Positions 57,065 through 64,000 of a stretch of DNA of 64,000 bases are shown one piece after another (the stretch's first letter is position 1; the number at the start of each line of letters is the position of its first letter). This DNA comes from Eledone cirrhosa (lineage: Eukaryota), in the NCBI GenBank assembly GCA_964016885.1, contig OZ024751.1, positions 51,336,001 to 51,400,000 on the forward strand, in the 5' to 3' direction. Under the pieces are notes generated by a model that was not told the DNA's origin, did no database searches, and saw nothing but the letters and a program-made list of their open reading frames with translations. The position numbers and the translations under genes are program-made.

Positions 57065-57305
57065 AAAATGGCTGACTGAATACACACTTGTGTTTTCTTC
57101 CCCCTTTTTTCTCATGTTTTTCTCCATTCCTTTCTCTTCTCACTCTTTCTCTTCCTATTTTATCTTTTTCCTAACTATCTTCTGATGAAGGACTAGTATC
57201 CGAAACGTTAACCCTCTTCTCCTGTTATTGCTAGCATTAAACTAATAATATATTTCCTCAATGTACTGTGTTGTTTGCTTGGTTATTTCTGTTTACTTTT
57301 TGCAT
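57065..57305 (+). mobile_element. Family C terminal repeat with hammerhead core (57182-57210)
   Basis: CTGATGA-agga-ctagta-tcc-GAAA-cg-TT; stem I is degenerate; homologous to 24078-24230. Confidence 0.7.
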
Positions 57306-57312
57306 GTGTGTG

Positions 57313-57344
<32 letters not shown>

Positions 57345-57717
57345 CACATATATATATATACACACACACGCACACACACATGCACATAAACACACACATG
57401 CATGCACATAAACACACATTCACATATGCTTGCAGAAAAAGTTAATGTTAAATCTTGATCATATATATACACAAACAAACACATCGTGTGTGTGTAAAGA
57501 GAGAGAAAGAAGGAAGGAAAGATTTATAAGTACTAACATACTCATACATATATGCATGTATATATATATATACACACATCATATAAACAAATAAAACATA
57601 CATACACTTCTATACATTGTACACATATGCATAAAGTTATAGACTGATATAACTATACACAGATATACATACATGGTACACAAATATTCTTATTTTATTT
57701 TGTGTGTGTATGTATAT

Positions 57718-60283
57718 ATCATCATCATCATCATCGTTTAACGTCCATGTTCCACGCTTGCATGGGTTTGGACGGGAGTTTTCCCACTTGAGGCAAGAGT
57801 GGTTGTTCTTGCTCGCATAGGACTGTCTGGCGGGTTTTCTACAGCTGGATGCCCCTCCTAACACCAACCACATTTACAGTGTGGGGCTGGGAGGTTTTTA
57901 CCGTGTTGCCTACACGGCCACATTACAGCGTGGACTGTGTGTTTTTTTGTCGTGACACCTACATGATCTCATTTGTTTCGGCCTGGATGATGTGGCACCA
58001 ACATAACTTTACATTGTGGATGGGGTGGGGGTGGTGGGACGGGGTGTATTTTGTTAGAGATGCCTACTGACTGTAGTAGGTTTTACTTTGTATTTAGGTA
58101 AGGCGGGTCTTCTCTATTACTGAGTACCGCCAAAGGTCTCGGTCCAGTGACATTGTCTTGGAGAGGTGTAAGTGTGTGAGGTCGGAATTTATCAGCTCGT
58201 CCCAGGTTTTTCTGGGTCTGCCTACTCCGTGGCTACCATCTATCTTTATTGCCCTGCACTTTGTTATACAGCTGTCATCTTTCATGCGCATCACGTAACC
58301 ATACCAACGTAGCCTTCTCTCGAGTAAACAACATCTGATCCTTCTTATTTCTAATTTTTTCCTTAGTTCGTTTATGCTTTGCCATTCACGTATATTACTA
58401 TTACACATCCAGCGGAGCATGCAAGCTTCGTTCCTCTCTAGTCTGCGTATATCCTCTGCACACAATGCCCAGGTCTCACTGCCATGCAACATTGCTGTTC
58501 GTATGCAGACATCATACAACCTGCCTTTCATTTTTAGGGAGAACCCTTTAGCGGCTAATAGTGGTATAAGCTCTCTGAACTTTTTCCATCCAGTTCTGAC
58601 TCTAGCTACTGTACTTTCAGAGCACCCTCGCCCACTGCTGATTTTGTCACCCAGGTAACGGAAGCTGTCGACTATTTCTATAGAACCCTCTGCGCAATTG
58701 AAAGAGTTAGTATTTTGTGGGCACTTGCTGCTACTTATTGCACCAGAGCACCGGCCACATGTAAAATCTATGTTGTTAGTTAGCTTACCTGTGATCCCAC
58801 TACATCTTTTATGCACCCATACTTTGCATTTGGGACATAAAATGGAGTTTCTACCTACGCCTTTCCTACACACTGAGCATGGCCATTTCCCGGAAGGGAC
58901 CGGCGCCTTATTTTCTTTCCTACAAACTAGAACTTTAGTCTTAGCCAGGTTAATTTTAAGGCCTTTTGATTTTAGGCCGTGCTTCCATGTTTGGAATTTC
59001 TTCTCTAGCTCGGCCATTGATTCAGCTATGAGCATTAGATCATCTGCGTATAGGAGTTCCCATGGGCAGCCAGTCTTGAACTCCTCTGTTATAGCCTGAT
59101 GGGCAATAATAAATAGTAGGGGCTAAGAACAGAGCCCTGATGGACACCAACTTTTACGCTAAACTCTTCACTATATTCGTTGTTAATTCTAACCTTGCTG
59201 ACTGTTTCTTTATACATGATAATGGAACAAGGGACTCTGTCGAAGGCTTTCTCCAAGTCAACAAAAGCTAAGTATAGGGGTTTACTTTTAGCTAGGTACT
59301 TCTCCTGTAGTTGTCATACAATGAAAAGAGTGTCTGTGGTACTTTTGCCTGACACAAACCCGAACTGCATTTCATCTAGATCAATTCTCTCTCTGATTAG
59401 TTGCGCTATTACTTTTTCCGTGACCTTCATGACCTGGTCGATTAATTTAATGCCTCTATAGTTACTCCTATCTAGGGCATCTCCTTTACCCTTATAACAG
59501 TTAATGATGATGCTGCTACGCCAGTCCTTCGGAACAACCCCATTCTGTATGACTTGGTTTACTATCCGGGTGACCATGGTGTGTCCCACCGTTCCAGAGG
59601 CTTTCAGCATCTCAGCAACTATTTCCGAAGGCCCAGCCGCCTTACCCGTCTTCATATCTTTGATTGCCTTACTTATTATACTACCTTCGACTAACACTGC
59701 TGGTCCCTCTATTGGGTCGATGTGGGGGAGACTGTCTTTCTCCCATTTATTCTCCTCATTTAGTAGCCTTTCGTAGTGACACTTCCAAGCTACCTTCTTA
59801 TCAGCGTCGGTGATGGCAAGTACACCATCATCATTAAGTACACACTTCTCCCCGACAATATCACGGTTTTCCTTGACACATTGCCTAACAATCCTGAACA
59901 CCTCACGTTTTTGGTCCTCGCGTTGTAGAACATGCTTGAACTTTCTTTCCTCTGCTTCCCTTCTTGTGAAGTACACTTGTCTCCTAACTTCCCTCCTGGC
60001 CACTTGATAGTCTTCTCTACTTCCCCCATCCCGCCATACTTTCCAAGCCTGCTTTTTGGCCTTAATTGACCGCTCCACCTTACTGTTCCACCACCATGTT
60101 ACTCTCCTCCTGCCTACAGGCCTGCTCCAGCCACAGACTTCGTCTGCCGCCATCAGCAGGTTTGCTTTCAGGAATTCCCACTGTTCCTCTATATTGTACG
60201 ACTCTAATTGCTGTTCCTTACTGTCGAAAGCAGCAAGTAATATGCTTTTAAATTTATTTCTGGCTGTGGAGCCCTTTAGCTTC
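57718..60283 (-). mobile_element. 5'-truncated, disrupted RTE-clade LINE (linker, RT, PHD finger, 3' UTR)
   Basis: WKLK...WWWNSKV...GKAAGPS...YKGKGD...NYRGIKL...QFGFV, stop at 59314, deletion near 59220, then YADD...WPCSVCRKG...EKTRLT* (58094); UTR ends in (GAT)n. Confidence 0.95.
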
Positions 60284-60299
60284 CATATATATATATATA

Positions 60300-60515
60300 A
60301 GTAGAAATTGTATTTAATTTGTTGGAAGTCCGACAAACATAAATGTTTATAACTGATTTAGAGCACTCAACAAATTACTGGAGTAAATATTCATGATATT
60401 AAATAAATGGAAACTATATTTATAAAACCATATTTATTTTATTATATATATTTCAAGAGCAACAACATTGGTGCGCTTTCATCAGATAAAATACAAAGTT
60501 TGTTTTATAAATAGA
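60300..60515 (-). mobile_element. Family A terminal repeat with hammerhead (~60435-60493) and 3' extension
   Basis: Matches 27850-28062. Minus strand tattttat-CTGATGA-aagcgcaccaatgttgttgctctt-GAAA-tatata-TA^ataaaata. Confidence 0.82.
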
Positions 60516-60519
60516 GACG

Positions 60520-60570
<51 letters not shown>

Positions 60571-62224
60571 ATAAATTCAGCGAGAATCGCATTTTGGCAG
60601 GTAGAAATAAGCGAAACGAAATTTCCGATTTGTGTTAGCAAGCGCTCCATGGACCAAAAGGGACCAGAGCAATAAACATATGTTATAAAGGCCATACAAA
60701 CTGAAATGGTGGTTAAGAAGCTATCAACCACCTAAGCCAAAAAAAATGAAGCAAGCTAAATGGGTCAAACAAAATAAATGAATGAAATATTTACCCGGAC
60801 CCCCGGAAATGATGGTATAATCCAGTACAGGGTTTATATATATGTAGGTATTTATAAGTCGTTTGGAAGCCTCGACAATGCAAATGGGTAAATCTCCGGG
60901 TAACAAGGTCCGGTGGTGGAGAGAGAGATATGTAAGTGGGTGTACGTTGAGATGCGTGGTGTGTATAAGATGTGTGAGATGTGTAGAATGAAGGGAAGAG
61001 TAAAAGGCTAAAAATAATAATAACAACACAAGAGAGAGAGTTACCTTGGGAGAGATTTAATAGTCCCTATATATTTCGGATTCACATCCATCAACTGGGG
61101 TTTTTTCCGGGGTGGGGGAAAAGGTTGTCTGTCGAACAATTCGTAACGCGTCTTTCGCTGTTTGTTGATTTGAATGTAGGTATTTATGTGTGTATGTATG
61201 TGAGTGTGTGTATATATATATGTAGGTATTTATGTGTGTATGTATGTGAGTGTGTATATATATATATATGTAGGTATTTATGTGTGTATGTATGTGAGTG
61301 TGTATATATATATATATATAATTATGTATGAATGAATATTTGATGATGATGCTGATGTACATAGTACACAAATATTCATTCATGCATAATTATATATATA
61401 CACAACACACACTCACATACATACACACATAAATACCTACATATATATATATACACAACACGCACTCACATACATACATATACACATAAATACCTACATA
61501 TATATATATACACACACACAGAAATATATATATACGTTTATACATACATGTATGTAAACATATATTTTTACATATACACACACAGATAAACATAACACAA
61601 TAAAAAACAAGAAAAATAACTCATTAAAACAAACTAATAAAACTACTTTAAAACTAACAAAAACGTTAAAAAAAACAAAAACAAAAGCAGCCAAGCAAGT
61701 ATTTTAAAACCTGCTGCACACACAATGCACACTGAACAGTAATGCTACTGTGCAACTAGCGATTGCATTGTGTTGTTTAAAATAAATTTAATCTCCAGCA
61801 ATTCCACGGAATTTCCGCCTGTGCTTTTAAATGTCTAAAGACTTTTGAAATATCTTTCTAGAATTTCTTTAGAATTCTACAAAGACTGATTACAAATCAG
61901 TTAATACCAGATCTTTTTAAAAATATAATTCCATTTACAGAATCTCAGTAAATAATTATTATGTTCTTCATGGTGTGCAATTGAAGACATCCCTATATAG
62001 TTGTTCTTATTTAATGTAAGAGATCACTTCACTACTATAGCTATTATTATCACAATTATCATCATCAGTAGTAGTAGTAGTAGTAGTATTAGTGTGGTGG
62101 ATTGGCAGAGCCATTAAGGTGTCAGACAAATTGCTTTGCAAGCATCTAATCACATCTCTTTATATTCTGAGTTTGAATCCCACATTGAATCAGCTTTGCT
62201 TTTCACCCTTTTAGGGTCTTCTTC

Positions 62225-62432
62225 TTTGCCCACTTATTCCAGCAGGTCCTGTCAGAAGCAACTGACTCCAACTGATCCGGCTGGATCTCCCAAGCGTGAC
62301 CAGCCAAGCTCATGAATGTTATCCAACCATCTTGTTCAAGGTCTACTCCTGGGTCTCTTGCCGATTGGTTTTGCCCGTAAAATCTGTCCAGTGATTCTTT
62401 CCTGAAACATTCTAACAACATGCCCATAATAT
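62225..62432 (-). mobile_element. Decayed RTE-like LINE C-terminal fragment
   Basis: YGHVVRMFQERITGQILRAKPIGKRPRSRP*TRWLDNI...LGWSRLG / IQPDQLESVASDRTCW. Confidence 0.65.
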
Positions 62433-62459
62433 CAGAGTCAATAAATAAAATACTACTTA

Positions 62460-62643
62460 AATAATTGTTTCTACTTTTGGCACAAAGCCAGCAATTACTC
62501 AGTGCATTACTGGTACTTTATTTTATCGACCCCGTAAGGATGAAAGGCAAAGTTAACCTCGGCAGGATTTGAACTCAGAATGACAAGGGCCATAACTCTA
62601 TGCATCGAAGCATGGTGTCCGATGCTCTATTGATACTCCCAAT
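62460..62643 (-). mobile_element. SINE copy (family of 11719-11897)
   Basis: Near identity to 11719-11897 and 16021-16204. Confidence 0.85.
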
Positions 62644-63256
62644 ACCACTCAAATAATGGGGTTAATATAGTTCCCTACAATTATCTCATGATATATAAAA
62701 ATTCCTAGAGGGAAAAAAAAAGCTAAAATGAATTAATTGAAAAGAGAAAATTCCAATATTTTGGGCAATCCAGATATTGGCCAAAACATTTCTTTCCCTC
62801 TGAAAAAAGGATATTAGATTTTTCACATCTCAAGGAAAATGATCTCTCTTTAATTTATATATTTTCATCAGAAATTAAATTTTGTTGCCATAATCCACCA
62901 CCAGGTTCCTTGGACTGTAAATCTTCCATGAAATTGTTTATCATGTGCCAATATATAAATACATATACATACACATATACACATGCACACACACATATTT
63001 ATATACACACATATATACATGCACACACACACACATATATACATGCACACACATACACACATAAATATATATATATATACACAAACACACACATATATAT
63101 ATACAATCATATACACACATATATATATACATATATATACAATCATATACACATACACACACATATATATATATACAATCATATATACACACACACACAT
63201 ATATATATATACAATCATATATACACACACACACATATATATATACACATCCACAC

Positions 63257-63303
<47 letters not shown>

Positions 63304-63376
63304 CACACACACTCACATATATATATTTCATTTCATTTTACGTCCGCTTTTCCCTGCTTGCAAGGGTGGGACTGGA

Positions 63377-63409
<33 letters not shown>

Positions 63410-64000
63410 AACGCACACGTGTGTGTGTTATGTTTTCTTTCTTCTGAGATTTCATGTCTAGATATTGTCCTCCAAGTTTCCCCCTCAGATAATTAACTGC
63501 TATCATCTTCTCTGATGTATATTTACATTAAGAAAGTTGAGGGGAAGACAAAAACACAAAATGATATGGGGGGGGGGGATGTAGGGGCATGATGGAGAGG
63601 GGAGATGAGGGACTTGTTTAATCAATACACATGCCTATAGATTGCAGTATATATTGGTCATATAGGAACATAACATCAACCTATTGATTGTTTCAGCACC
63701 ACCCTCCTCTTCACCTCCCACACACTATTTTCATGTCACCACTACCACTACTACTATTATTACTAATTCTAATACTACTACCACGACAATTACTACTACT
63801 ACTACTACCACAACTACTACTATTTCAATTACTACTAATACTAATATTACCACCATGACTACCATTATTACTACTACTACTATTACGATCACCACCACCA
63901 CCACTACTATTATTACTAATTCTAATACTACCACTACGACTGCTACTACTACTACCTATCCTACACCTCCTCATCCTCTTTCCAAACTAGCCATACACAT

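Overview
Eukaryotic, very AT-rich intergenic or intronic DNA. The mix of tRNA-headed SINEs, RTE LINEs with (GAT)n tails and huge (TA)n tracts suggests a cephalopod, probably an octopus (inference). No host protein-coding exon, tRNA, rRNA or CRISPR array is supported, and almost all ORFs in the track are microsatellite translations. Real coding remnants are all retroelement: RTE-clade RTs with an internal PHD-type finger (4067-5404, 56041-56970, 58094-60283), a CR1-clade RT (42646-43575), small LINE 3' ends, and a Penelope-like GIY-YIG endonuclease missed by the ORF track (28231-28645). The most striking structure is a non-coding retrozyme-like element at 12644-14536: one inverted arm plus 3.26 apparently identical head-to-tail 472-bp units. 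Each unit carries an intact minimal type I hammerhead ribozyme at the tip of a long imperfect hairpin and an ATGCAAAT octamer. A diverged ~417-bp relative with the same architecture, the same termini and pairing-preserving substitutions lies at 37587-38395. Several other hammerhead-bearing or fold-back Penelope-like terminal-repeat families are inserted in (TA)n across the window. All alignments and RNA pairings were done by eye; boundaries are approximate to a few bases.
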